Positions 11,075-22,970 of a stretch of DNA of 64,000 nt are shown here, in pieces (position 1 is the first letter of the stretch; each line of letters starts with the position of its first letter). The stretch is taken from contig JAYYOR010000027.1 in NCBI GenBank assembly GCA_036130055.1, positions 121,532 through 185,531 on the forward strand, written 5' to 3'. This DNA comes from Pseudomonadota bacterium (GTDB lineage Bacteria > Pseudomonadota > Gammaproteobacteria > Ga0077536). The position numbers were made by a program, and so were the translations under genes. The notes under the pieces were generated by a model. The model was not told the DNA's origin. It saw only the letters and a list, made by a program, of their open reading frames with translations, and did not search any database.

Positions 11075-12229
11075 TCAAATTTGACGGCATAATTCTGTAA
11101 TCCTGTTAATGAGTAATGAATTACCTGCAAATTCGTAATAACTTAATTCTCTTCTATCAGCCGCCGATTTCCTTAAGCTGTCAAATTCCATCATCAATAG
11201 TTCTGTCGGGCAAAATTCTGCAATTGATTTTAGTTTTTTACTTAAATTATTTAAAGGAAAAACCTTGTTAATTAGTTCCTCTATTTCATTATTAGAAGTC
11301 TTAGTAATATTTTTAGAAATTTTTGTCTCAATAATTGAATTTATTTTTCTATTTTTTAGTCCAAAGTGATTAAAAATAGATGGCAATATTTTTCCGACAG
11401 CCCTATATTTTGATTCTACGGTAGCTCCAGCAATGTGCGGTGTCGCCAACCATACCTTTCCCACGAGAGACGCATCGATATTTGGTTCATTTTTCCAACA
11501 GTCAAGTGCTACTTTTACTCCGCTCTTCCTATCAAGCATGAAAGAAAGAGAATCCTCATCTATGATTCCACCTCTGGAAGAATTAATAATCAATACTTTA
11601 TCCTTCAGTTGTGCCAATAATTCACTATTTATAAGATTTTCTGTAGGAAATCTTCCTCGTCGATTTAAAGGAACATGAATAGATAAACAATCACATTCTT
11701 TTGCCAACTCTTCGAGGGAAAAGTGGTTTCTGTCTAGGCCGGACTTCATATTTTTAGGAGGATCATTTATTAAGACTTGAACACCAAGACTTTCGAGGAT
11801 CCGAGTTAGTCTGCTACCGATTTCTCCGTATCCGATTACACCCACTCTTATTTTTTTTAAACTTGTTGCGATGTGTTTACTGTACATTAAAATTAAAAAA
11901 ATCACGTACTCTACTACAGCTATTGCATTTGAGCCTGGTGCATTGACCAATTTAATATTGGAATTTTTTAAATAACTCTGATCAATATGGTCTAGTCCAG
12001 AGGTCGCCGAACAGACCAACTTTAAATCGCTCTGCTCTAAAAGCTTTTGAGATACTTGTGTGACTGACCTCACAACTAACACCTCCGCCCTTCCTATCAT
12101 AGCGCTTTTGAGAAGTCTCCCCTTGAAAGGAATAATTTCTAGAGGCTCTAGAATTTTTGGAAAAAAACCAATAAGCTCTTCATCAACCAAAACATGATAG
12201 TTACTATTTTTTTGGTAGATAGATTTCAC
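11075..12229 (-). CDS. pdxB: Erythronate-4-phosphate dehydrogenase (D-2-hydroxyacid dehydrogenase family with C-terminal dimerisation domain)
   Basis: 384 aa with 'VLVVRSVTQV' and 'NAIAVVEYV' segments matching PdxB. The length fits PdxB, which carries an extra C-terminal domain. Confidence 0.7.
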   Translation of the reverse strand: MKSIYQKNSNYHVLVDEELIGFFPKILEPLEIIPFKGRLLKSAMIGRAEVLVVRSVTQVSQKLLEQSDLKLVCSATSGLDHIDQSYLKNSNIKLVNAPGSNAIAVVEYVIFLILMYSKHIATSLKKIRVGVIGYGEIGSRLTRILESLGVQVLINDPPKNMKSGLDRNHFSLEELAKECDCLSIHVPLNRRGRFPTENLINSELLAQLKDKVLIINSSRGGIIDEDSLSFMLDRKSGVKVALDCWKNEPNIDASLVGKVWLATPHIAGATVESKYRAVGKILPSIFNHFGLKNRKINSIIETKISKNITKTSNNEIEELINKVFPLNNLSKKLKSIAEFCPTELLMMEFDSLRKSAADRRELSYYEFAGNSLLINRITELCRQI

Positions 12230-12242
12230 CAGCTTTACTTTA

Positions 12243-13160
12243 CTATTTTAGTTCTTCCGTATTTTCTTCATTCGACAGAAAGTCCTCTCTCGACAAATTT
12301 AAAAATACTAAAGTCGAACCGGCCACATAGATAGAGGAATACGTTCCGACAATTACCCCAAAACCCAGTGCGAGCGAAAAGTTTTTGATCATATCTCCAC
12401 CGAGAAGAAAAAGGGCAAATACAACCATTAAAGTAGTTCCCGAAGTGACTAATGTTCTGGAGAGTGTTTGATTGATAGACAAATTTATAATTACTTCCGG
12501 AGTAACAGCTTTACGAGAAATTTTAAAATTTTCTCTCACTCTATCAAAAACCACAATCGTATCGTTTAAGGAGTAACCAATGATTGCAAGAAAGGCGGCT
12601 AATACCGTAAGGTCAAACTCCAAACGCATTATAGAAAAAATTCCCAGTGACACAACAATATCATGAAGGACTGCAAGGACAGCACCGAAAGCAAATTTAC
12701 TTGTAAACCTCAGCATCACATATACTAATATCCCAGCCAAAGCGTAGATTAGGGCCAGGATTCCATCCTCAGTCAATTCAGAGCTAATTTGCGGACCAAC
12801 CATATCTACAAAAACCACAGTGCCACCTTTCAAGTTCCTCTCAACATCTGTTTTTATGTCCTCTGTTGATTTGGCAAGAAATTCTGGCGAAACCTTTAGC
12901 AAAACCTCCCTTCCAATCCCAATGGTTTGCAATTTTGCAGTTTCAAAACTTGTTCCAATCAGCATTTTTCGGATAGATTCGGCTTCAACAGGCGCATCGA
13001 ATTCGACGTTTATTGAAGCGCCTCCTCTAAAGTCAGTCCCAAGCTGGAGTCCTTGGAATACCATTGAGGCTATGGACATGATCACGAACACCAACGATAT
13101 AGATACCCACAAATTCTTTTTCGATAAGAAGTTAAAATTAAATTGTCTTTTCATAAGCAA
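12243..13160 (-). CDS. secF: Protein translocase subunit SecF
   Basis: 305-aa membrane protein downstream of secD in the conserved yajC-secD-secF order. Confidence 0.9.
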   Translation of the reverse strand: MLMKRQFNFNFLSKKNLWVSISLVFVIMSIASMVFQGLQLGTDFRGGASINVEFDAPVEAESIRKMLIGTSFETAKLQTIGIGREVLLKVSPEFLAKSTEDIKTDVERNLKGGTVVFVDMVGPQISSELTEDGILALIYALAGILVYVMLRFTSKFAFGAVLAVLHDIVVSLGIFSIMRLEFDLTVLAAFLAIIGYSLNDTIVVFDRVRENFKISRKAVTPEVIINLSINQTLSRTLVTSGTTLMVVFALFLLGGDMIKNFSLALGFGVIVGTYSSIYVAGSTLVFLNLSREDFLSNEENTEELK

Positions 13161-13161
13161 C

Positions 13162-14973
13162 TCATATTTTCAGCTCAAGCTTAGCCTTCTTGCCGTACAG
13201 ATAATTTACTATAGCTCTTGTACCCACTATGGCAGTAAACATTGAAGTTATAATTCCGATTGATAAAGTTATAGCAAACCCCTTTACGGGGCCTGTTCCA
13301 AAACTAAATAATACTAGAGCTGCTATCAAAGTCGTAATGTTCGCGTCTGCTATAGTTGAAAATGCTTTTTTATAACCTGAAGCAATACTCATTTGAGGCG
13401 TGTTCCCATTTGCTATCTCTTCTCTTATGCGCTGAAAGATTAACACATTCGCGTCAACGGCCATCCCTACGGTTAATACAATACCAGCAATACCAGGTAG
13501 GGTGAGCGTAGCCTGGAGCACAGATAAAATAGCAACGATAAGTATTAAATTAACTAAAAGTGCGACATTAGCAAATATTCCAAATTTTCCATAATAAAAA
13601 AACATAAATAACATTACGCAAAATAATCCAATAATCACAGAACGATAACCACTTCGAATGTTTGCCTCACCTAAAGTAGGCCCTACAGTACGCTCTTGTA
13701 TGATTTCCATTGGAGCTGCAAGTGACCCGGCTCGGAGTAATAAAGCCAAAGTTCTAGCATTTTCGGTATTATTAAGTCCGGTGATTTGAAACCTTTTTGA
13801 CAATTGGTCGCGAATTGTCGCTATATTTATAACTTCCTCAAACCTTTTCCCCTTTCTTTGCTCAATAAAAACCACTGCCATTGGTCTGCCAATACGGTCT
13901 CTAGTGGCTTTGCTAAAAATTCGAGACCCTTTGCCATCTAAAGTTATGAAAACCGCGGGTGAACCACTTTGTTGATCGAATCCTGAAGAAGCGTCAACAA
14001 CGTATTCTCCCGTAAGCAATACCTTTTTTTCTAAAAGAACTGGCGACCCATCTGTTTTAGTAAACAATTGAGAACCAATCGGAAGTCGTCCCGAAGAAGC
14101 ATCCCGGATATCTCCATCCAGAAAAACCATTCTAAACTCTAAAGAGGCCGTTGCACCTATTATTTTCTTTGCCTGAGCCGTATCCTCAATACCTGGAAGC
14201 TGAACAACTACCCTACTTTTACCTTGCCTTTGAATAACTGGCTCTGAAACTCCAAACTCATTCACTCTATTTCTTAGGGTAGTAAGATTTTGCTGGAGAG
14301 CATTTTCTTGTGATTCCGCTAGATATGACTCCTTGACGCCAAACACGATACTTGCCTCGGAGCTCGACAATACGTCAATAGTATCAAGTTCCCCAATTAG
14401 GAGTTTTTCGCTCGTTTTAACCAAATCGACAGAATCAAAAACTATACTGATACTTTTCAAATCTTTAGTCGCCGACCTATATCTGATTTTGTTCTTACGA
14501 AGGACTGTTTTAATTTCCTCTAGTGTCTGATTTAGTTTTTGCTTTGAAACTGCCTCCATATCAACCTGCATTAAAAAATGGACACCCCCTCGTAAATCCA
14601 GTCCCATAAACATCGGGCTCGCCCCAAGTGATTTCAACCATTTTGGACTGGTCGGGGAGAGTCCAAATGCAAGAACGGCTTCTGAAGAATCAATAGTAGA
14701 ACTTAGGCTTTGCATTACTCTACTTCGACTTTGTGAATCGCCAAATTTAATAACAAATCCGTTCTGAGCCAACTCAATTTCTTTTGGAGTTATACCTATT
14801 CTGTCAATTTCTGCTTTTATTTTCTCTTCAATAAGCTCGACGTCCTCGCCTCGGTTTTGGAAGGAGACAAATATGGAGTAATCCTGCGGAAAAAGATTTG
14901 GAGACGCATATATTAAACCCAAAAATACAATAACTAATATAAAAGCATATCTCCAAGGTGGATACTGGTTCAC
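13162..14973 (-). CDS. secD: Protein translocase subunit SecD
   Basis: 603 aa with a large periplasmic domain and an RND-like transmembrane region. It is flanked by yajC and secF. Confidence 0.9.
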   Translation of the reverse strand: MNQYPPWRYAFILVIVFLGLIYASPNLFPQDYSIFVSFQNRGEDVELIEEKIKAEIDRIGITPKEIELAQNGFVIKFGDSQSRSRVMQSLSSTIDSSEAVLAFGLSPTSPKWLKSLGASPMFMGLDLRGGVHFLMQVDMEAVSKQKLNQTLEEIKTVLRKNKIRYRSATKDLKSISIVFDSVDLVKTSEKLLIGELDTIDVLSSSEASIVFGVKESYLAESQENALQQNLTTLRNRVNEFGVSEPVIQRQGKSRVVVQLPGIEDTAQAKKIIGATASLEFRMVFLDGDIRDASSGRLPIGSQLFTKTDGSPVLLEKKVLLTGEYVVDASSGFDQQSGSPAVFITLDGKGSRIFSKATRDRIGRPMAVVFIEQRKGKRFEEVINIATIRDQLSKRFQITGLNNTENARTLALLLRAGSLAAPMEIIQERTVGPTLGEANIRSGYRSVIIGLFCVMLFMFFYYGKFGIFANVALLVNLILIVAILSVLQATLTLPGIAGIVLTVGMAVDANVLIFQRIREEIANGNTPQMSIASGYKKAFSTIADANITTLIAALVLFSFGTGPVKGFAITLSIGIITSMFTAIVGTRAIVNYLYGKKAKLELKI

Positions 14974-15029
14974 TTTTTTTACCTTAGCAATTTAACGACA
15001 AAGGATGTTCGGAGAAATTTGTGAGAAGA

Positions 15030-15365
15030 TCATTGTTTAATTGTTCCCTTAGGCACGACCTGCGCTATTGCCTGACGTTGAACCTTGACTTCTACATCTT
15101 TTGAAATCTCGATTTTCAGGAAACTGTCTTCCAGCACTTTTATCTTACCCAACAACCCACCATTTGTTACAACCTCATCCTCGATTTTTAGAGCATTAAT
15201 CATTTTAGTATGTTCTTTTTGTCGTTTCATTTGCGGCCTAATCAAAAAGATATAGAAAACAACAAATAATAAAATAAGGGGTATAAACTGTCCTATCCCC
15301 GGCGATTGACTCTCTGAAGCTGTTTGTGCGTATGCATTCGCTATTATAAAATCCATGTAACTCAA
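15030..15365 (-). CDS. yajC: Preprotein translocase subunit YajC
   Basis: 111 aa with a single transmembrane segment and the conserved 'LKKGDEVVT.GG..G' equivalent (EDEVVTNGGLLGKI). Confidence 0.85.
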   Translation of the reverse strand: MSYMDFIIANAYAQTASESQSPGIGQFIPLILLFVVFYIFLIRPQMKRQKEHTKMINALKIEDEVVTNGGLLGKIKVLEDSFLKIEISKDVEVKVQRQAIAQVVPKGTIKQ

Positions 15366-15411
15366 GCCTTCTTATAATTTTTGTAAATAGTTTACCACAG
15401 TCTAAAAATTA

Positions 15412-16512
<1,101 letters not shown>

Positions 16513-16516
16513 TTAA

Positions 16517-17554
16517 TCACCGTTTCCTTGCTTTTTTTCTTTCAAGATACATTGCATCTCCATAACTAAAAAATTTAAAATTTTGATTTACAGCAAAATC
16601 ATACACTTGTTTAATTCGGCTAATGCCGCCAAAAGCGCATACAAGGACGAAGAGAGATGATTTTGGCAAATGAAAGTTCGTAACCATAGCATCAACAACC
16701 GAAAACTCAAACCCGGGTTTTATATAAATACTTGTCTCACCGTGAAATGGTAACAAATTCTGATCTTGCAAGTATAAAGATTCGAGCGCTCTGACTACTG
16801 TCGTTCCAACCGCTATAACCCGCCCGCCGTTTTCGCGAGCCTCTCTGATGATCTTGCAAACAGATTCAGATATATTAAATCGCTCGGAATGCATTTGGTG
16901 GTCTTTAATATTTGGAGTTTTTATGGGTTGATAAGTACCTCTACCGATATGAAGAGTCAAAAATGCAATTTTTACCTCATTTTTTTTGCAAGTTTCAAAG
17001 AACTTTTTTGTTATGTGCAAACCAGCCGTTGGTGCTGCCACAGCACCCAAATTTGTACCGTAGATTGTTTGATAATACTCTTCATCTCTCTTGTCTGGCT
17101 CCCTCTTTACATAAGGAGGTAAAGGTATCTTGCCAAATTGTAAAAACAAATCCATTATCGTTTCAAAAGATGATTGAATAACAAAAAAATCTTTTTCTCT
17201 CGAAATCACCGTCAATTCGATTCCATTTTGCAGCCTCAGTTCTTTTCCCAAAAGATTCTTGGTAGCCCCACCTAACCTTACCAAAGCCCTATGATTATCG
17301 ATGATCCTCTCTAAAAGGATTTCAACTTTGCCACCTGAAATCTTTGTCACTTTCAATCGTGCCGGGATAACTTTTGTATCGTTCAATACTACAACATCTC
17401 CCGGTCTTAAATACTTGTATATTTCTGAAAAACTGGATGAATAGAAGGTATTGTTCTCAGGAACAAGCAGAAGCTTTGATGAAGAACGATCGGATTTAGG
17501 GAATTGTGCTATTTGTTCTTTTGGTAGATAAAAATCAAAATTCGCTAGTTCCAT
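16517..17554 (-). CDS. queA: S-adenosylmethionine:tRNA ribosyltransferase-isomerase
   Basis: 345 aa starting 'FDF.LP...IAQ.P...R..S.LL', the canonical QueA N-terminus. It is upstream of tgt. Confidence 0.9.
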   Translation of the reverse strand: MELANFDFYLPKEQIAQFPKSDRSSSKLLLVPENNTFYSSSFSEIYKYLRPGDVVVLNDTKVIPARLKVTKISGGKVEILLERIIDNHRALVRLGGATKNLLGKELRLQNGIELTVISREKDFFVIQSSFETIMDLFLQFGKIPLPPYVKREPDKRDEEYYQTIYGTNLGAVAAPTAGLHITKKFFETCKKNEVKIAFLTLHIGRGTYQPIKTPNIKDHQMHSERFNISESVCKIIREARENGGRVIAVGTTVVRALESLYLQDQNLLPFHGETSIYIKPGFEFSVVDAMVTNFHLPKSSLFVLVCAFGGISRIKQVYDFAVNQNFKFFSYGDAMYLERKKARKR

Positions 17555-17609
17555 AGTTCAATACTTCCGTAAATATATTAAATTATTAGTATATAATAAT
17601 TAAGAAATT

Positions 17610-17693
17610 GCCGGGATGGCGAAATTGGTAGACGCGCCAGACTCAAAATCTGGTATAGGAAACTATGTGTGGGTTCGAGTCCCTCTCCCGGCA
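17610..17693 (+). tRNA. tRNA-Leu (anticodon CAA)
   Basis: Cloverleaf: acceptor GCCGGGA/UCCCGGC, anticodon stem CCAGA/UCUGG with loop CUCAAAA (anticodon CAA), a long variable arm and T-loop GGTTCGAGTCC. Similar to E. coli leuX. No CCA is encoded. Confidence 0.8.
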
Positions 17694-17846
17694 CAAGTCT
17701 TAATAGACAGTTTGGCAATTTAGGTTAAAGCTTGAATAAGGTAATCTATAAAACTTAACTTTCTAATACTGTTAAAATGACGTTTAGTCAGGTGAAAAAA
17801 CGAATCAGCATGCTACGATAATTCATTAAAGTATCAAAAAATATCT

Positions 17847-18866
17847 ATGAGAAAAAATATTACTCTGACCGGAATTACTACCACTGGAACCCCTCATCTC
17901 GGGAACTATGTAGGTGCGATTAGACCTGCTATCAGAAGCAGCGATAAAAAGGACCATAAATCATTTTTTTTTCTCGCAGACTATCATGCACTTATCAAAA
18001 ATCATGACAGAGAACTTGTCTATGCTTCAACAAAACAGGTGGCAGCCTGCTGGTTAGCGCTCGGTTTAAATACAGATAATGTGTTCTTTTATCGGCAATC
18101 TGATATCCCAGAAATAGCAGAATTAGCCTGGATATTGAACTGTATGACTGCTAAAGGATTAATGAATCGGTCCCATGCTTACAAAAGTGCGGTCCAAACC
18201 AACATAGAAAAAGGCGAAGATAGCGACCTTGGTATCACAATGGGCTTATTTAGTTATCCAATCTTAATGGCAGCAGACATACTTTTATTCCAAGCAGATA
18301 AAGTTCCTGTTGGTCGAGATCAGATCCAACATGTAGAAATGGCTCGAGACATCGCACAAAGATTTAACCATGTTTACGGAAAAATATTCCAACTTCCAGA
18401 GGTTGCAATAGATGAAAATATAGACACATTAGTCGGACTCGATGGAAAAAAGATGAGTAAAAGTTATAACAATACTATTCCAATTTTTTCAAGTGAAAAC
18501 CAATTGAAGAAAAACATCAATAAAATCAAAACTAATCTACTAGAGCCTGGACAACCTAAGAATCCCGCTGATTCGATTGTTTTTCAGTTCTGGAAAGCTT
18601 TCGCATCAAAAGCCCAAACGGATGAAATGCGTGAAAAATTTAGAAATGGAATATCTTGGGGCGAAGCTAAAAGCGAGCTTTTTGAACTAATAAACGAGCA
18701 ATTGTTAGAACCAAGGGAGAAATATAATCAGCTTATTTCTGAACCGAAAAAAATTGAAACATTACTGATTGAAGGGGCAGAAAGAGCAAGAGAGGTATCT
18801 AGGCCCTTTATAAAAAAAGTCCGTGAAGCAGTAGGGATTAAAACACTGATAAAACCTAATAAATGA
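17847..18866 (+). CDS. trpS: Tryptophan--tRNA ligase
   Basis: 339-aa class I aaRS with HIGH-type motif 'TPHLGNYVGA' and 'KMSKS'. Confidence 0.9.
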   Translation: MRKNITLTGITTTGTPHLGNYVGAIRPAIRSSDKKDHKSFFFLADYHALIKNHDRELVYASTKQVAACWLALGLNTDNVFFYRQSDIPEIAELAWILNCMTAKGLMNRSHAYKSAVQTNIEKGEDSDLGITMGLFSYPILMAADILLFQADKVPVGRDQIQHVEMARDIAQRFNHVYGKIFQLPEVAIDENIDTLVGLDGKKMSKSYNNTIPIFSSENQLKKNINKIKTNLLEPGQPKNPADSIVFQFWKAFASKAQTDEMREKFRNGISWGEAKSELFELINEQLLEPREKYNQLISEPKKIETLLIEGAERAREVSRPFIKKVREAVGIKTLIKPNK

Positions 18867-18908
18867 AAGGACTTCATCTTTAAATTAGTTTTAATTAAAA
18901 TTCTTGGC

Positions 18909-19946
18909 TCAGAGATTTAAAATAATTTGATTAGCTTCCGACCAATTATCCATCAAAGATTCGCACGCAGTGAGTTGGCCCCACGCCCTTGTAAGATTAT
19001 GAGAAGAGGCGTCTTCAAAACTTTCTGAATTCCATCCGAAATACTTTTCTTCAATCGCGTCTATCAGAAAGCGCATGGATAATTCCAAAAAAATATGGGC
19101 TGTGACGGGAAGCGAACAAAATATTTCTTCTTTTGGGAACAAATCTTTGACCACATTTAGATAAGAATAAATCGCCGATTCAAATATTTTTACATCAAAC
19201 ACACCTAATGCTTGATCTTCAGAAGACAAATTACACCACGAGCGAAATGCATCAGCTAATTCCCACCCCAATTCGGATTGCCCGACCGTATCAAAATCAA
19301 TCATGCATTTTACTGTAGGAGTTTCATTTGAAAATAAAAAATTTGAAACTTTTGGATCCCCATGAAGAAGATGCTCGGGATAACAAGCTATAGGCGGTAA
19401 ACTTTCAAGTCTTCGTGTAACAGCATTAGCACAATTCCTTACATCCCGTTTTCTACTATGATTGGGAAATTTTTCTAAAACCGCAAACAATTTTTCAAGC
19501 TGTGCTTTTGCTCCTCGCTTTTTTCTCTCTTTCCCTTGGATCCCTTTGCAATCCTGCACTGAAGAGTGAAACACACCCAAAACTCTAGCAAGCTCTTTGG
19601 ATTCCTCAACCGAGCTTATTTTTACCTTAGAGAACCCATCTATAAACCTTAAAAGACGCCAATTCCCATTCGGATTATTTACAACAAATTTTCCGCTTTC
19701 AGTCATAACCAATTGCGGGGCGTCTATGCCCTTCGATAATAAATGCTCAGAAACCAAATAAACCAAATTAGTCACTGAGCTTTTAAATTGTCTATTTAAT
19801 TGTTGAAGTACGTATTTTGGACTTCCTGCAACATAAATCAAAAACGTTTTGTTTATCAAACCTCCCGCTAGAGGGTGCACCGAGCAATCACTGATATTAT
19901 ATTGATTTCTTAAGACTAATAGACATTCTTCTAAAAGCTTATCCAT
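18909..19946 (-). CDS. Phosphotransferase family protein (APH/choline-kinase-like fold)
   Basis: 345 aa with a 'LLHGDPKVSNFLF' Brenner-like catalytic motif and a 'IDFD' Mg-binding motif. Substrate is unknown. Confidence 0.5.
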   Translation of the reverse strand: MDKLLEECLLVLRNQYNISDCSVHPLAGGLINKTFLIYVAGSPKYVLQQLNRQFKSSVTNLVYLVSEHLLSKGIDAPQLVMTESGKFVVNNPNGNWRLLRFIDGFSKVKISSVEESKELARVLGVFHSSVQDCKGIQGKERKKRGAKAQLEKLFAVLEKFPNHSRKRDVRNCANAVTRRLESLPPIACYPEHLLHGDPKVSNFLFSNETPTVKCMIDFDTVGQSELGWELADAFRSWCNLSSEDQALGVFDVKIFESAIYSYLNVVKDLFPKEEIFCSLPVTAHIFLELSMRFLIDAIEEKYFGWNSESFEDASSHNLTRAWGQLTACESLMDNWSEANQIILNL

Positions 19947-19985
19947 AGACCAATATCCTCTGGTACAAGTTCCTTGAAGGCAGAT

Positions 19986-22865
19986 TCAAACTCGTTCAAA
20001 TGCTAGCTTATTTTTTTCCAATTCTTTAATATTGGCACTATTCGACACAACCGCTACACTAGGTTTCTGTTCTAACAAACTTTCTGCCGTCCTCAAAAGA
20101 CTCGTAAAATCAGTACTTAACACGTTATTTCTAAACTCTTCCAATTTCTCATCAGTTTTACCATTCAATATACAATTAAAAGACCTTGATGCTTCGGCAA
20201 CAGGTCTTCTAGATCCATCTAGGCTTCTTATTACACCCAAGATTGACTCTTCAAGTCTACTTTGATTAGGTCCAGACTTAATGAACGTTTTAATAGAGCT
20301 AGAGAAGTCATCAAGTGTTCCAGAAATCCTCGGGTCTCTATATGAGAAAAATTTAAAGGTTTCGCTAGACGAAAAATAATTTGCACCCGAGCCATACGCA
20401 CCGCCCTTCTCTCTTATTTTTGAATGAAGATATTCATCCTGTAAGTATTTACCCAAAACGGAATATCGGGCAGCTTCCGGATTATTCTCATTTACCGACC
20501 TGAAGCTTAATGCGCAATAATTTATGTTTGATTCGATCAGCCAACTATAAGGCTGATCAAACTTATTTTCATCTACGTTAATTATGCTTTCAGAGGCAAT
20601 CGGTGAACTATAATATTTTTCCATAGCATGAACGGATTTTTTAAGGTGCTCTTTATCTGTCACCAATAAAATTCTAGGTTCTAATTTTAATATTTTGTTT
20701 CTAATTAGATTGAATTGACTAAAAAGTTTTTCAGCCTGCTCAGGTTTAAAGTTCTCCCCGGCAATATTTTTAACACGTTTTATAAAGCTACAACCATTCC
20801 ACGCTTCTTCTAGATTACAAGCCTCATTTAAATGTCTTGAGCTTGAGAGCATTGCGAGTATATGCCCCCTCTGTACCATTGATTGCTCGTACTCATTGCT
20901 GATTTGTTTGATGAGATCAGCAAATCTTTCGTTTTCATTAAAACGAACAGTTGAAATTAAATTAGTAGAAGCCGAAACTAACTCATCTATTTTCCGGTTA
21001 AGCCCTTTCGCGCTAACGGTTACAAAGCCAGTTAGGAAATTTTCTTTACTAAAATTTGAAGAAAAATGACAGTTAACGTCAAACTCTCCAATAGCCGCGC
21101 GTTTTTGCTGAACGGTCGCGTAATCATCTTGTCCAGATCCAAACTGTGTAACCATTTCACACCATATCGGTAAAAGATTTAATTCTTCCATTGTTAGATT
21201 AGCGATTGGAAAAGCTAAATTTAGTCTAAAAACATTATTGGTTGGCACATCAAACGCAGTTATATTATTACTACTAAAATCTGACGGACTCATTAGAGGA
21301 TTGCCATTTGGAACGTCATTGAGGGTAAGTTTAGGAAGGATATTAGCGTCGCAAGTTGTATTTTGTCTGTTCTCTAAAAGATTCGAATTTAAGCGAATTT
21401 CTGTTTTTTTCTCGTCAGAAAAGTTGGCTATTAGTGACTTTAACTTTTCATTGATAAGCATTTCAGGATCAATTTCATCGCTTGGTCGCATTATAATTCT
21501 TGTGGTGTGTAAATTATTGATGAAGATTTTTTTCAATAAATCAGGGAAATAATTTTTTCTCTTTAATTGTTTTCGTAAATTGGTGATTACTTCCTCTAAT
21601 TTAAGCAAGTGAACAGGATCATCCCGATAAACTGCACTCGGCAGAATTCGCCCGAAAAGCTGCAGTCCAAGAGGATAGTTACCAGCTCCGAGGTCGGATT
21701 GCTCTAGTTCTAGACGATCCAACGATGCCGTTAATATATCGAGAGATGGAGGCTTTTTAATTAAAGATTCAAGAATTTCAAAAAGCTTTGTTTCATGTGT
21801 TTCTACACCTTCATTAACAGCCGTTACGCCTTCTAAGCCACATATAAAAATTAACTGTCTTGTAGAATCATCTATACCGCCTAATTCGGAGGGAGCTTTT
21901 GCATCGTTGGCTGACTCTAAATAAGATTGCAGTGGACTACCACTATGACCAAGTAAAATTTCTGCAACCAAACTCATTTCAATCACATCTAATGGGTCCG
22001 TGGTGGAACCGTAAACCCAAGCCCACAAAACAAAATCTGAGCCACTCTCTATTTTAGACTGAAAATAGCGGTGATTAAGTTGGGTTGCAACTTCAAACGG
22101 TCTTTGTTTTTCTATCTTATTCAGTTTTGTTGCAGATTTAAAATTTTTCAGAACCGCATCTTCGAATTTCTTTTGATGTTCTTCAACAGGCAAATCACCA
22201 TATGTTAAGAAGACAGCATTAGAAGGATTGTAGAATTGCTTATGAAATTGCTTAAGTTCGTCATAGGTTAAATCTGGAATTTTAACTGGATCTCCACCAC
22301 TGTTAAAGCGATAGCTTGTCTCTGGAAACAAAGCGGAATGAAGATGCTGCCATAGCTGTGAATTAGGAGAGCTCATTGCACCTTTCATTTCATTGAAAAC
22401 GACACCTTGATACAAAAATTTTTGCTCCGAGTTTTTTTTGCCGACCTCGTATCGCCATCCTTCTTGGAAAAAATCCAGCTCATCAAGAATAGGAAAAAAG
22501 GTAGCGTCCAAATAAACATCCAACAAATTATAAAAATCTTTCTTATTTTTAGTCGCGAAGGGATAAGCAGTCATGTCGGGTGCCGTGAAAGCATTCATAT
22601 ACGTGTTAAGTGAGCGCCGAAGCATCATGAAAAATGGGTCTCTTACCGGAAAGCGTCTGCTACCGCATAAAACAGTATGCTCAAGGATATGAGCCACACC
22701 TGTCGAATTATGTGGGATTGTAGGGAATCCAACCATAAAAGCATTATTATCGTCTTTGGCCTCCAGGTGAAGGTGTCTTGCCGAGGTAACATCATGTCTA
22801 AATTCCCTCAATACAACGCCCAGATTCTTAATGTTTGTTGACTTTTCCTCAATAAAACTTATCAA
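19986..22865 (-). CDS. M16-family (insulinase/PreP-like) zinc metallopeptidase
   Basis: 959 aa with the inverted zinc motif HxxEH (GVAHILEHTVLCGS) near the N-terminus. The size matches M16C presequence-protease-like enzymes. Confidence 0.8.
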   Translation of the reverse strand: MISFIEEKSTNIKNLGVVLREFRHDVTSARHLHLEAKDDNNAFMVGFPTIPHNSTGVAHILEHTVLCGSRRFPVRDPFFMMLRRSLNTYMNAFTAPDMTAYPFATKNKKDFYNLLDVYLDATFFPILDELDFFQEGWRYEVGKKNSEQKFLYQGVVFNEMKGAMSSPNSQLWQHLHSALFPETSYRFNSGGDPVKIPDLTYDELKQFHKQFYNPSNAVFLTYGDLPVEEHQKKFEDAVLKNFKSATKLNKIEKQRPFEVATQLNHRYFQSKIESGSDFVLWAWVYGSTTDPLDVIEMSLVAEILLGHSGSPLQSYLESANDAKAPSELGGIDDSTRQLIFICGLEGVTAVNEGVETHETKLFEILESLIKKPPSLDILTASLDRLELEQSDLGAGNYPLGLQLFGRILPSAVYRDDPVHLLKLEEVITNLRKQLKRKNYFPDLLKKIFINNLHTTRIIMRPSDEIDPEMLINEKLKSLIANFSDEKKTEIRLNSNLLENRQNTTCDANILPKLTLNDVPNGNPLMSPSDFSSNNITAFDVPTNNVFRLNLAFPIANLTMEELNLLPIWCEMVTQFGSGQDDYATVQQKRAAIGEFDVNCHFSSNFSKENFLTGFVTVSAKGLNRKIDELVSASTNLISTVRFNENERFADLIKQISNEYEQSMVQRGHILAMLSSSRHLNEACNLEEAWNGCSFIKRVKNIAGENFKPEQAEKLFSQFNLIRNKILKLEPRILLVTDKEHLKKSVHAMEKYYSSPIASESIINVDENKFDQPYSWLIESNINYCALSFRSVNENNPEAARYSVLGKYLQDEYLHSKIREKGGAYGSGANYFSSSETFKFFSYRDPRISGTLDDFSSSIKTFIKSGPNQSRLEESILGVIRSLDGSRRPVAEASRSFNCILNGKTDEKLEEFRNNVLSTDFTSLLRTAESLLEQKPSVAVVSNSANIKELEKNKLAFERV

Positions 22866-22934
22866 AATATCCTCCTGTTATTTAATAAAGCTGGAGTGGG
22901 AGACTTTCTCAAGCAGCAAATATTAAACAATAAT

Positions 22935-22970
22935 GAGCGCTCTTTCTATAAAATAAGCGCTCTTTCTATG
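22935..22970. repeat. Tandem direct repeat (2 x ~16 bp, 'AGCGCTCTTTCTAT', 20-bp period) in the divergent intergenic region
   Basis: gAGCGCTCTTTCTATAaaatAAGCGCTCTTTCTATG. Each unit has a palindromic AGCGCT core. The repeat lies between the divergently transcribed M16 peptidase and moxR-like genes. Confidence 0.6.
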
